Virus record (IMG/VR): IMGVR_UViG_3300033153_003825
Span: 1 to 54,332 of that record
Direction: 5' to 3' (one strand)
Source of the DNA: a virus
Lineage: Duplodnaviria > Caudoviricetes
Length of the DNA: 54,332 nt
Below, one piece after another: positions 1 through 8,908 of this stretch; positions within the stretch are counted from its first letter, which is position 1, and every line of letters begins with the position of its first letter. Under the pieces are notes generated by a model. The model made no database searches, was not told the origin of the DNA, and saw nothing but the letters and a program-made list of their open reading frames with translations. Made by a program: the position numbers and the translations under genes.

Positions 1-144
1 CACCAAGGAACGGTTGGTTGGCCTCTTATCCTTTTCAGTGTCAAAGAGCTTCTGGATCGTACCATAGGGCGGGGGTCAACCAACTATTCTGGTCCATATC
101 GAGTAGCGGAAAGAGTCGGAACTTACGCGGAAAGAAGGGAACGA

Positions 145-429
145 ATGGATCACCCCTCCAAGTCTAATCCCACAATCAATGTGGACGGTTTTGTCTTCTG
201 GAATGTCCCTCCGCCCCGTATGAACGAAGTCTACGCCCACCTGAGTTCCCTCCTTCCATCAAAGTGCGTCGCGATCATGCACGTCCGTCACAATTTTAAC
301 TGCCCGTCGATCGAGAAGGGTGGGATGCCGGATTGCACCTGTAAGAAGGTTGATCTGGAAATTGAGGTTGATGGCGGTGTTGAAGTCGATGCTTCGCTGG
401 CCTCCTACATCATCAAGGAAGGCAACTGA
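145..429 (+). CDS. hypothetical phage protein (Cys/His-containing)
   Basis: 94-aa ORF, AAGGGA RBS, TGATG overlap with next gene. Confidence 0.55.
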   Translation: MDHPSKSNPTINVDGFVFWNVPPPRMNEVYAHLSSLLPSKCVAIMHVRHNFNCPSIEKGGMPDCTCKKVDLEIEVDGGVEVDASLASYIIKEGN

Positions 430-704
430 TGGACAACGTGGTCTACATGGAGTACGCCGCAGTTCGGGAGCCTACCACCGAGGATGTCGGAAACGACTTT
501 GTTATTGGTCGTCACACCATCTTCACTAAGGACTTGGAGAAAGCGAGAGAGGCGGCTAAGGGGTTTCTCAACGCCAAGGGAGCGAGTCCCGCCACCGTCG
601 TCATCTTCAAGATCAATCCAATCTTGAGGGTGTACGGCAAACAAACCTTAGAACTCAGTGAACAAGAGATCCAGCCCGAGGAAGGGTGGGGGGATGATGT
701 GTGA
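429..704 (+). CDS. hypothetical phage protein
   Basis: 91-aa ORF coupled to the previous gene, AAGG RBS. Confidence 0.65.
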   Translation: MDNVVYMEYAAVREPTTEDVGNDFVIGRHTIFTKDLEKAREAAKGFLNAKGASPATVVIFKINPILRVYGKQTLELSEQEIQPEEGWGDDV

Positions 705-716
705 GGGAGACTCAGG

Positions 717-1291
717 GTGGGCGTAGACTATTTTGATGGCACGGACCTGGATGGCCGCGCACGTCGCGTTCCAAAGAGGAACCCCGTGGTCATGGGCGAT
801 GCGGAGGTGATAGAGACTCGCATCTTCAACCGCGAGGTCTGGATTACCATTGGTAGGGCCGTAAACTACGTCGCAACGGACGCCACGGCGATAGAAGTTG
901 GATGGTTGAGGCACCACCGATAGCGGAAAGAATGGGCATTTCAAGAGAGAGAGTCCGTGGCCTCAAGGAAAGCCTCCTACGGAAGCTCAGAAGGCACCTC
1001 AAGCCCGAACAATTTGGTTGGGAGAACGCACATCCGATCAGGGCGAAGGAGATCGGACCCAGGGCTCGTCCCCTCACTGAACTCAAGCTCATATGTGAGC
1101 ATTGTGGTCACGTCCTTACGCACGTCTCAAGACATCACGGCCAACATTTCCATGAAAAGATCCTTCCCTACATGAGGTGCCCCGACTGCAAGGGGACAGC
1201 GGACGAGCCTCCTCGCGCCCACCCTGTTCATCATTATCATGATTGGATACAGGTTCCCACGAAACCTCTTTGTCTACCAGCGGAGAACTAA
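717..1291 (+). pseudogene. sigma70 region-4-like HTH protein with C-terminal Zn ribbon, split over two frames (717-923 and 902-1291)
   Basis: IAERMGISRERVRGL is a sigma r4 HTH signature; upstream frame EVIETRIFNREVWITIGRAVNYV resembles the preceding helix; CEHC...CPDC C-terminal. Confidence 0.55.
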
Positions 1292-1632
1292 TGACGGAAT
1301 CATCGAAGGTACCTGTGGAATTTATAGTTTGTTCCGAGTGCGGCATTCTTTTTGGTGCCCCCGTCCACTGGATGGAGCAAAGACGTTTTGACGGCGTTTC
1401 TTTCAGCTGTCCAAACGGCGATTTCCAGAGTTTTGGCGACGACGAAAGAACGAGCCTCAAAGAAGAGGTAGCCCTTCTTTCTTCCTCTTTCGCGGAAGGA
1501 GAAGAACGTACCAAAAAAGCTGAAGACGGCGTCTACCGCCTGGAACAATCTATCAATGGCTACAAAGGCATTATTGCCAAGCTCACGAACGAAGCCCGTG
1601 ACTTACGCGAACAACTGAAATTGGAGAACTAA
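1291..1632 (+). CDS. hypothetical protein with Zn-binding motif and coiled coil
   Basis: GGAG RBS and TAATG overlap; CSECG...FSCPNG then heptad-rich C-terminus. Confidence 0.7.
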   Translation: MTESSKVPVEFIVCSECGILFGAPVHWMEQRRFDGVSFSCPNGDFQSFGDDERTSLKEEVALLSSSFAEGEERTKKAEDGVYRLEQSINGYKGIIAKLTNEARDLREQLKLEN

Positions 1633-2114
1633 TGGCCATCTTTCAAAACAGGGTCTTTCTCATCGGCTACCTCGGCAAAGATCCAGACACGCACACATTC
1701 GACAACGGCGACATGGTCACGAATGCGAGTTTAGCAACAACCCGTTCCTGGAAGAGGAAGGGTTCGGACGAATGGCAGGAGGACACAACCTGGCATCGTC
1801 TCGTTTTTCACGGCACTGAAGCGGTTAAGGCCCACGACCAACTTCGCAAGGGCTCCAGACTCTCGGTTGAGGCTTACATTCGCTCTCGCACGATGGGTGA
1901 AGGCAGTGAGAAGAGGTATTTCACGGACATCGTCGTTGATCGCTGGATTAACCTCGATCCTAAGATCCAGGGCGACGGTATTCCCGCTCGTGGCTCCTAT
2001 TCCAAGCCCTCGGCACCATCAGAGCCCCAAGGGCCTCCTACACCGCCCTCAGAGCCCAAGTCGGAGCCCATGAAGGCGTTGGATGACGATGACGAAGACT
2101 CCCTCCCCTTTTAA
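1632..2114 (+). CDS. ssb: single-stranded DNA-binding protein
   Basis: NRVFLIGYLGKDP...SLATT...TTWHRLV OB-fold motifs; acidic tail DDDDEDSLPF. Confidence 0.97.
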   Translation: MAIFQNRVFLIGYLGKDPDTHTFDNGDMVTNASLATTRSWKRKGSDEWQEDTTWHRLVFHGTEAVKAHDQLRKGSRLSVEAYIRSRTMGEGSEKRYFTDIVVDRWINLDPKIQGDGIPARGSYSKPSAPSEPQGPPTPPSEPKSEPMKALDDDDEDSLPF

Positions 2115-2124
2115 GAGGAAGGCA

Positions 2125-2385
2125 ATGAAAAAACGAGTACTCACCCCGGCCCAGAAAAGTGTGGTTCGGATGCTTGGGATGGGCCGCATTCTACTATGTG
2201 ACGACGCCTCCAGGTGTGAGCCGCTTTTTTGGATCACCACGGATGGCAGGAGGCGAGTGCGAGGTCCGTGTTGGCCGGTGGTTGAGTCATTGGAGCGAAA
2301 ACGTCTTTTAAGGGTCAAGAAGCGCAGTATCTACGGTCGCCAGGAATTGGTGATCCGCCTCAAGGTCAAGAAAAGCCCTTCATGA
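2125..2385 (+). CDS. hypothetical basic protein (possible wHTH)
   Basis: GAGGAAGG RBS before ATG 2125; LTPAQKSVVRML...VVESLERKRLL. Confidence 0.55.
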   Translation: MKKRVLTPAQKSVVRMLGMGRILLCDDASRCEPLFWITTDGRRRVRGPCWPVVESLERKRLLRVKKRSIYGRQELVIRLKVKKSPS

Positions 2386-2494
2386 AAATCCTTTCCCTGG
2401 ATTTGAGGGTGAATGATGTCGTCAAAAGAAAACTTTTTGGAATTTGGGTGGAGTTGAAGATGGGTCTTTTTGTCACCTTGTTAGGAGCCTCACA

Positions 2495-2720
2495 AAGGTA
2501 CAGCGCCAAGGTACAGCGTCAGGCCAGGTGGCTATTGGGTTTCCTCACTTGGAAGGTACACCGCTGAGGTACACATATTAAAGGGATTAAAAAAGAATTA
2601 TGAATAGGTACTGTAAGGGTAGCCTTAAAGAGTTGTTACTAAGAATGAGTTATGCTTTAAGAAGTTGTCAATAGCAATCTCTTTGTTTTGGGCTATTTCA
2701 CGGGTTTTATTTACGCCGCC
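2495..2720. promoter_or_regulatory. iteron-like direct repeats (consensus RAGGTACASCG) plus AT-rich tract; candidate replication origin
   Basis: AAGGTACAGCG 2495-2505 and 2508-2518, AAGGTACACCG 2553-2563, GAGGTACACAT 2566-2576, TAGGTACTGTA 2605-2615, followed by a markedly AT-rich non-coding stretch. Confidence 0.6.
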
Positions 2721-2749
2721 GCTGGCGATTATTTGAAAAAAGGGGGAGA

Positions 2750-2899
2750 ATGAGGACTTGGAGAGTCGCCTTGGTTCTGACGGCCTGGGCTGTAGGATGC
2801 GGGCTCTTAGTCTGGAAGCTGGGCGTCTGGGCCACCGTTGGTGTTTGCCTCGTCGCCTACGGGTACGTTGAATCTGGTTTCGACATGAGGGGGCCGTAG
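2750..2899 (+). CDS. small membrane protein (49 aa, not in ORF track)
   Basis: AAGGGGGAG RBS; MRTWRVALVLTAWAVGCGLLVWKLGVWATVGVCLVAYGYVESGFDMRGP. Confidence 0.6.
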   Translation: MRTWRVALVLTAWAVGCGLLVWKLGVWATVGVCLVAYGYVESGFDMRGP

Positions 2900-2932
2900 T
2901 AATATTCTAATTCTCAAGAAAAAGGGGGAGTA

Positions 2933-3232
2933 ATGACGTATCACGATTCGGACGAAATGGCGAAGCAGGAGGCCACCAAGACATCCGACGCCGAGGACCT
3001 TCGGACGATGGCGGGGAAGGTGGTAGCCCTAGCCGTGTTAGTGAGGGAGCAGACCAGAGTGGTCCGTGAGGCCGTCCTGGGAGGTTGGATCGAGCCGAAT
3101 CCCGAGTGTGGGGAGGACGTGGAAAAGCCTCTTGGCCTAATCTCACAGATGAGGTCTGAGTTTTCTTCGATCCTCGCAGCCCTATCGGAAGCCGAGGATA
3201 ATCTGGGCAAGCTCCGGGAAGAGTTGAGCTAA
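2933..3232 (+). CDS. hypothetical helical protein
   Basis: strong RBS AAGGGGGAG; 99 aa. Confidence 0.7.
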   Translation: MTYHDSDEMAKQEATKTSDAEDLRTMAGKVVALAVLVREQTRVVREAVLGGWIEPNPECGEDVEKPLGLISQMRSEFSSILAALSEAEDNLGKLREELS

Positions 3233-3247
3233 AAAAGGAGGGGGGAG

Positions 3248-3562
3248 ATGGAGAGTCAGGTTGAGCTTTTCGGTTTCGGGAAGCCCACAATAGCTGAACA
3301 ATTCAGACGCTTCCATGGCGAGCACCCGGAGGTGTACGAGGAACTGGTGTCGCTGGCGAGGCAGGCGAAGAAGGCGAGGCGTCAGGTTGGGATTGGGCTA
3401 ATCTTCGAGGTGCTCCGCTGGAATCGGATAATCGCGGGCCTGCCCGACACCAACGAGGAATTCAAGCTCAACAACAACTATCGTTCTCGTTACGCACGGC
3501 TCATCATGCGTCGGGAGTCGGACCTAAGTGATTTCTTCGAGACGCGGCGGCTGCGGTCGTAA
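3248..3562 (+). CDS. conserved phage hypothetical protein
   Basis: FHGEHPEVYEEL...IFEVLRW...FKLNNNYRSRYARLIM motif recognised as common in phages; strong RBS. Confidence 0.8.
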   Translation: MESQVELFGFGKPTIAEQFRRFHGEHPEVYEELVSLARQAKKARRQVGIGLIFEVLRWNRIIAGLPDTNEEFKLNNNYRSRYARLIMRRESDLSDFFETRRLRS

Positions 3563-3861
3563 TGGCCATGACCACCCAAGAACTCTGGGCCTGGGAGGAT
3601 TGCGAACCACAGGACGAGTCCTGGTGCCCGCATTGTAAAGAGTGGGTGGAGGCTGAGAGCGAGATAGACGAGGACGGCGTTTATACCGAATGGTGTTATC
3701 AGTGCGGGCAGGCCGACTTGCGAGACGACGAACTGCTCGACTTTTTTGAGGAGGAGAACGATGCCCGAAGTTCCCAGCCTGGAGATGTTCCAGAACCTAC
3801 TAAGGGCGGTGAACGCGCTAGAGGCAAGGGTGGACGCAATGGAGGGGGCCGGGGGGATTAA
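3562..3861 (+). CDS. acidic Zn-ribbon hypothetical protein
   Basis: CPHC...CYQC; TAATG coupling. Confidence 0.6.
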   Translation: MAMTTQELWAWEDCEPQDESWCPHCKEWVEAESEIDEDGVYTEWCYQCGQADLRDDELLDFFEEENDARSSQPGDVPEPTKGGERARGKGGRNGGGRGD

Positions 3862-4093
3862 GGGTGGTCCATGCGGGGCCTATGTCCCTGCCGAAGACCT
3901 GGCTGAGTCGCTGAAGCTGTTAAAGCGGGCCTGGAACTGCTTACAAACCTCTGCGGGTGGCTACCCCACGACTATCGCGCTCATTTTCGATTTCTTAGAG
4001 AAGATGGGAGGGAAAAATGGACCGAGTACGACTGAAAAGATGGGGAACAGACCATATCGAGGATCCGAAGAAGAAGAAGTTCACCCTCTGTAA
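3761..4093 (+). CDS. hypothetical protein
   Basis: GAGGAG RBS before ATG 3761 (MPEVPSLEMF). Confidence 0.55.
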   Translation: MPEVPSLEMFQNLLRAVNALEARVDAMEGAGGIKGGPCGAYVPAEDLAESLKLLKRAWNCLQTSAGGYPTTIALIFDFLEKMGGKNGPSTTEKMGNRPYRGSEEEEVHPL

Positions 4094-4241
4094 CCTCATG
4101 CTTCCGTGGAAGCTGCTGGAGCCCAAGGGTGACCGGATCTGCGTGGTCTGCCGGAAGGTTTTCGAGAAGCGTTATGGGTACCATCCGATGGTTACTTTTG
4201 AAGAAGGGGAGGTAGGTCATGTCCAAGATGAAGCTCTTTGA
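4017..4241 (+). CDS. hypothetical protein (H/C metal-binding)
   Basis: GGAGG RBS; HI...TLC...ICVVC. Confidence 0.55.
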   Translation: MDRVRLKRWGTDHIEDPKKKKFTLCNLMLPWKLLEPKGDRICVVCRKVFEKRYGYHPMVTFEEGEVGHVQDEAL

Positions 4242-4440
4242 GTTTGCAGTGCTGTTCCACCCGAAGGCGACGAAAGAACAGAAGGACGCGGGAGAGGAGC
4301 CGATGTCTAAGGTTATTCTGTCGCCCGACACCATGTTGGCGAAGGACGAGAAAGAGGCCGTCATGCGAGTGGCGCGGGAACTCCCCGAGGATCTCATGCC
4401 CAAGTTGGATCAAGTCGAAATCCTGATCCGCTCTTTTTGA
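4219..4440 (+). CDS. conserved phage hypothetical protein
   Basis: GGAGG RBS; KLFEFAVLFHP...LAKDEKEAVM..AR..PE...LDQVEILIRSF. Confidence 0.75.
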   Translation: MSKMKLFEFAVLFHPKATKEQKDAGEEPMSKVILSPDTMLAKDEKEAVMRVARELPEDLMPKLDQVEILIRSF

Positions 4441-4696
4441 GACGCCGTCCTCGCCGGGAGCGGCCCGTGAAGAGGGCTGCGAGGGAGGCCGAGGAAACGC
4501 TTGATGGGCTGAGGCCCCAGCCCGACTGGGAGGGGCCGGAACTTTGGTTGGGTGGGTCGGAGAACGCCAACGGTTCTGCGACATTGAATGTTGCGACCTC
4601 ATCCCGCACGACCCAGATTGAGGGTGGGTTGACACAGACCGTGACTAGCGCGGCTCATCCATCATCTGCGTACATGGCTTCTGAGGTGCCTATGTA

Positions 4697-5098
4697 GTGA
4701 CCCAAGGGAAGCGCCTTCCGGTTCCACACAACGGGGGCAGGTTGTCGAAACGATACGGTATCGCGCCCGATTCGTGGTCGGGAGCCCTCCGTAGGGACCT
4801 CAACGTGATTGCGACCTGGTTGCTTTCTTTGGGTTTTACGGACGCAGCGAAACTTGGCTCTCGTGCGCGACAGGTGGATGGGGCGGGGCCGGGATTTCGG
4901 CACGGGAGCAAACTCATGATGATGGTGGCGGGAGTTTCCTGTACCTGTGGACGTCTCCCTCACCTCGACAAGTGTGCGATATGGAGGAAGCTCGAAATTC
5001 GTGAGCACATGTATTCTACTTACGGGATCACGGCGAGTACCAAGGTACCGCCAGAGAATTATATGGAGGACGTTTTAAGGTTCCCCCGCGCAGGGTAA
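4697..5098 (+). CDS. hypothetical protein (possible CxC...H.xxC Zn site)
   Basis: 133-aa ORF; start uncertain. Confidence 0.4.
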   Translation: MTQGKRLPVPHNGGRLSKRYGIAPDSWSGALRRDLNVIATWLLSLGFTDAAKLGSRARQVDGAGPGFRHGSKLMMMVAGVSCTCGRLPHLDKCAIWRKLEIREHMYSTYGITASTKVPPENYMEDVLRFPRAG

Positions 5099-5209
5099 AC
5101 CTTGAACCGAGCAGCGGTGCATGAACTTCTTGGCTTACGGCTTTCAGCCATGTTTTGCGAGTCGGGATTCGCTGGTAGATAGGACGTCCTGTTGCGGGGG
5201 GCTGTTTCA

Positions 5210-5461
5210 ATGAAAACAAGAAAAGGTATCCAGTTTATTTGGCACGGGCGGCATGTTACTTGGTGGTGGGTCGGCCTTGTGCGACTAACCTGGGAAACTA
5301 ATCTCAGGTACATTTTCAGATGGATCCTGGGCGTCGGGCCAGTGGAGCTTCGGCGCTGGGAACCACGACCTTTTGAGGAGCTAAAGCGTGATGACGACGC
5401 ATGGCGAAGAGAACATGGCAGGATCCGAGAACCAAGAAGAGGCCCAGGAGAGTCTTGGTAA
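5210..5461 (+). CDS. hypothetical Trp-rich protein
   Basis: GGGGGG RBS before ATG 5210. Confidence 0.5.
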   Translation: MKTRKGIQFIWHGRHVTWWWVGLVRLTWETNLRYIFRWILGVGPVELRRWEPRPFEELKRDDDAWRREHGRIREPRRGPGESW

Positions 5462-5672
5462 ACAAGTAGCCCGAACGAGCAGGTTGATCTACCTAGACTT
5501 CAAGGGAGAGGGCTTCACCGGCAAGGAGGCGTTTGAGTTGACGAAGCTCTGGTGTGCGCCGAACTACTCGGTGATCGTACAGAGGATGTACGCGGAGGAA
5601 GCGGCGATGGCGAAACGTGCAGCTCAAGAGAAATCTAGCGGCAGGCCACGCCTACATCTCCCCCAACACTAG
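5415..5672 (+). CDS. hypothetical protein
   Basis: MAGSENQEE... GFTGKEAFELT; start approximate. Confidence 0.55.
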   Translation: MAGSENQEEAQESLGKQVARTSRLIYLDFKGEGFTGKEAFELTKLWCAPNYSVIVQRMYAEEAAMAKRAAQEKSSGRPRLHLPQH

Positions 5673-5681
5673 GGGGCCGGA

Positions 5682-6479
5682 GTGCCCGAGAAGAAGCCGG
5701 AGGACGAGCGGACGGAAGTCGGGGTGGAGGATCCTCCCGCACCCATTGTTTACAGGGTGCGTGTAGACGGCAGTGACGTCTTTAGTGCTGCGGGGGCTAT
5801 TCCCTTTGAGGCTCCCGCCGACGAAATCTTCAGGTACGTGGAGGAGAGGGCGCGAGATGTCGGCACTCGCATCAAGCGTAATCGCGGCAAACCCAATAGC
5901 GCCAAAATAGAGAACATGCTTTCAGTTGAAGAGAAGGCTGTCGTCATTCTCGGGAGGGCTATCAGGATTCCTTGGCGGGAGATCATAAAGCGTATTAGTG
6001 ATGACAGGGTGGCGCGGGGGGAGACTCCGCCCAGTCGCTTGCCTAGTGATTTCCATAAGTTGGTTATGTCTCACCACAAAAAGATCGTGGCAGCCATCCA
6101 TTCCGATATGCTGGAAGGAGTGGAGGCGTATTCTCCGTTGGTCGGTAGCCCTGGTCGCATAATCTGGCGGGCCAAGCTGCTCGAATTTTATCGCCAGCGA
6201 ATCTTTGCACTTGGCCGCAACACCAATATGAAGTTGGAGAGGAAGGAACGCCGGATCGCCTCTCTCGATAAGGCGATGGAAAAGCACATGCGTTATTTCG
6301 AGGGGCTCCAGAAGGAAGGTGACGTCGAACTGTTGATGGGATCGCTCTCCGAGAAGGTTCAGGCTCGTGCCCGAGAGGGGGCGGAGGAGGCCATTGCGAA
6401 GAAGTTTGCGAACGGTGAGATCACGGACGAAGAGAGAATCGACGAACTGAGAAAGCTGCGCCATGGCGAGCTTGAATAG
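5682..6479 (+). CDS. helical DNA-binding protein, candidate terminase small subunit
   Basis: 265-aa basic helical ORF two genes upstream of terL; positional inference only. Confidence 0.5.
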   Translation: MPEKKPEDERTEVGVEDPPAPIVYRVRVDGSDVFSAAGAIPFEAPADEIFRYVEERARDVGTRIKRNRGKPNSAKIENMLSVEEKAVVILGRAIRIPWREIIKRISDDRVARGETPPSRLPSDFHKLVMSHHKKIVAAIHSDMLEGVEAYSPLVGSPGRIIWRAKLLEFYRQRIFALGRNTNMKLERKERRIASLDKAMEKHMRYFEGLQKEGDVELLMGSLSEKVQARAREGAEEAIAKKFANGEITDEERIDELRKLRHGELE

Positions 6480-6837
6480 AAAGTCTGCGAGAAAGAAGTT
6501 GCAGGACTTGATGGTCGTGCCCGACCTTGAGGTGGTCCACGAGAATGTGGCGAAAGCCTGGTATCTGGGTGAACGCTTTCCGGTGCCAAAATTCAATCCA
6601 AAATGTCCTGCCTGCGACTCCCGTGCCGCGCTCATTCGCATGTACCGCTTCTTTATGCGGGGAGGCCCGGCTACAACGCCCTACCGTTGCGACGTTTATA
6701 TGAAATGTCTGGACTGTGGCGTGATTTGGACCTATGGGGTGGTGATCTCGAAAGAGATGTTCAAGGCCAACGAACACCTTGGCCTCGTCCACCGTAAAAC
6801 CGTGCTGGCCGAACTGGAGAAAATGGATGGCGTCTAA
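6463..6837 (+). CDS. Zn-ribbon protein
   Basis: CPAC...CLDC; overlaps both neighbours. Confidence 0.7.
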   Translation: MASLNRKSARKKLQDLMVVPDLEVVHENVAKAWYLGERFPVPKFNPKCPACDSRAALIRMYRFFMRGGPATTPYRCDVYMKCLDCGVIWTYGVVISKEMFKANEHLGLVHRKTVLAELEKMDGV

Positions 6838-8545
6838 GGCGTCGTTTCATGAGTGGCTCTTTGCGGAGTGTGACTGGAAGATCTCCTCCGGCTTCATGAG
6901 GGGGAAGCGTTTTACTTTCGATGCCTTCCCTTGTCAGCTAGAGATTTGCCGCGATGAGGCCACGCAGCAAGTCGTGATGAAGTCTGCTCAAATGGCCATC
7001 TCGGAGATTTTCACGCTCGCCCGGCCCTTCTGGGCATTGTCCAGCCTTGGGGTGAACTGGGGTATTCTCTTTCCGACACAACAGGCGATGCGGAACTTTT
7101 TCAGGACTCGCATCAAGGGGGCCTTGGCGGTCAACCCCTACCTGCGAAAAGTGACCACCGCAGAAAACGAGGGGAACGTGACCGCCTTCGGGCGTGAAAT
7201 CTTTCTCCGGTACACAACCACCGAAACCGCCATCGCGACCTTCGACGCGGACGGGGCGACGGTGGACGAACACGACATGCACAACCAGGAGTCCTTGTTT
7301 GGCGCGAAGACTTCAAGGACCCAGGGGGCGATGGGGGACACGCGATGGTTTGAGGTGTCCACGCCGTCCTTTCCTTCCTTCGGAATCCACAAAGCCTACT
7401 TAGGATCAGATCAGCGAGTTTGGCTGATTAAGTGCCCGCACTGCGGACACGAAAACAACCTACCCGAGAAGGTAGGTGAATATGACATTGCGGACGTCGG
7501 TGACTTCTTCCTGGAATTCTTGGGCGAAGACAGGTTCCCATCGTGGAAGGATTACTACCTTCCGTGTTCGGGGTGTCATGGTTCGATTGACCCCGTGACT
7601 CCAATGGACTCGGCCAAGCCGAGCTTCGGCGGTGGGCGTTGGGTGGCGAAGTACCCGAACAGGGACGTTCACGGATACCACCTTCAAATCTTCCAACGTC
7701 TTTATCACGGTGGAACTCCAGCCGTCCTGAAACGGATACGGCACAATCTCATAAACGCCACCGACCCTACTCACATAAGGCGGTGGTGGAATTACACTCT
7801 CGGGATGCCGTTCCTTTCCAGGGAAGGTCGTTTGACCGAGGACGACCTAAAGAGGGTCACGACAAATGGGTACAACGACGTGTGGTGTCAGGACTTCGTT
7901 TACCGGACGATGTTCAACATCACGAACATGAAGTCTGACTGGATGGGTGTGGACGTTCGGATGGGCCAGTATCACATCATTGAGATGAAGCGTTTGAGCG
8001 ACCACGAGAAGCTGTTGGTTGGTGCGGGCTGGGTAAAGAACACGACCGAACTTGTGGAGTATTGGAGGCGGCGCGGCAAGCCCATCTTTGTAATCGACGC
8101 CCTGCCTGATACGAACGAGACTCGCACGGTCGTTATGGCAATCGGGCGTCGGGCTCGCAGGGCCAGCTTCTCCCGTAGCACGAGCGTTCTATGGCAACCG
8201 AGTGGGGACAAGGACCATATTATCGTGAACCGTCCGGTTTCCATGGAGGGCGTTAAGTCCATGGTGGAGAGTATGGGGCTTATCGTTCCAGAGCCCGCCT
8301 GGAAGGTCGGTGCGGGTCTTCATCGGGAACTTGGAACCATGCGAGAAGAGGAGACGTTAAAAGACCACTTCCGCGCTCCTGTGATGGTCCGTTCCTACGC
8401 CGAGCAGATTGCGAACGAGGTGTACGACTTTCCGAAGGATGCCATGGGTGGAATAGATCCTCACTTTTTCATGGCCGCAGCATTAGCTTACATCGCGTCG
8501 CAGGTACAGGCAGCGCCCGCGTTCGCGCTACGGATCCCGCGATAA
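6827..8545 (+). CDS. terL: terminase large subunit, GpA family
   Basis: VVMKSAQ (Walker A-like), ATVDEHD (Walker B), STPS, SDQRVWLIKCPHCG, GRWVAKYP, GYHL, NYTLGMPF, MGVDV; probable start ATG 6827 after GGAG. Confidence 0.92.
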   Translation: MASKASFHEWLFAECDWKISSGFMRGKRFTFDAFPCQLEICRDEATQQVVMKSAQMAISEIFTLARPFWALSSLGVNWGILFPTQQAMRNFFRTRIKGALAVNPYLRKVTTAENEGNVTAFGREIFLRYTTTETAIATFDADGATVDEHDMHNQESLFGAKTSRTQGAMGDTRWFEVSTPSFPSFGIHKAYLGSDQRVWLIKCPHCGHENNLPEKVGEYDIADVGDFFLEFLGEDRFPSWKDYYLPCSGCHGSIDPVTPMDSAKPSFGGGRWVAKYPNRDVHGYHLQIFQRLYHGGTPAVLKRIRHNLINATDPTHIRRWWNYTLGMPFLSREGRLTEDDLKRVTTNGYNDVWCQDFVYRTMFNITNMKSDWMGVDVRMGQYHIIEMKRLSDHEKLLVGAGWVKNTTELVEYWRRRGKPIFVIDALPDTNETRTVVMAIGRRARRASFSRSTSVLWQPSGDKDHIIVNRPVSMEGVKSMVESMGLIVPEPAWKVGAGLHRELGTMREEETLKDHFRAPVMVRSYAEQIANEVYDFPKDAMGGIDPHFFMAAALAYIASQVQAAPAFALRIPR

Positions 8546-8563
8546 CTTTTGGTTGGGGGCACC

Positions 8564-8803
8564 ATGAAGCACGAAGTCACCACGGTACGGCTGGATGCAA
8601 CCAAGAACAAGCACCATCCCAATAACGAGCAGGGTGTGGGGAGTATCGCCAGCCTCCTCTCCTACGGGTGGGACCTCGCCGGGTCTTTTGAAGTGGGGGA
8701 TGACGTGGTGGTTTTTCTACGCCGCAAGAGGCGACATTGGAAGTTTTGGAGAAGGCCAGCACTCCCGCCTGGAATGAAATCCTACCCCGTGTACCGCCAT
8801 TAG
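8564..8803 (+). CDS. hypothetical protein
   Basis: GGGGG RBS before ATG 8564. Confidence 0.55.
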   Translation: MKHEVTTVRLDATKNKHHPNNEQGVGSIASLLSYGWDLAGSFEVGDDVVVFLRRKRRHWKFWRRPALPPGMKSYPVYRH

Positions 8804-8908
8804 CTTGCCCCCTTCGTGGGGACACCAGGCTTGCAGGCAACCCAGCGAATCATTAAAGTGTGAAGTGCAGTGGTGGCAACAACCGGCCAAGGGGCATTGT
8901 GAGTTGCT

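Noticed and set aside
2382-2567. 61-aa ORF over the iteron-like repeats
   Set aside because: No clear RBS and it overlaps the repeat cluster; not supported as a gene, though not excluded
2630-2662. dif-like site (TTGTTACTAAG-AATGAG-TTATGCTTTAA)
   Set aside because: Only TTATG matches the XerD arm; such a match is expected by chance in an AT-rich tract
2735-3247. Repeated AAAAAGGGGGAG motif before three genes as a mobile-cassette repeat
   Set aside because: Explained by strong Shine-Dalgarno sites with A-rich enhancers
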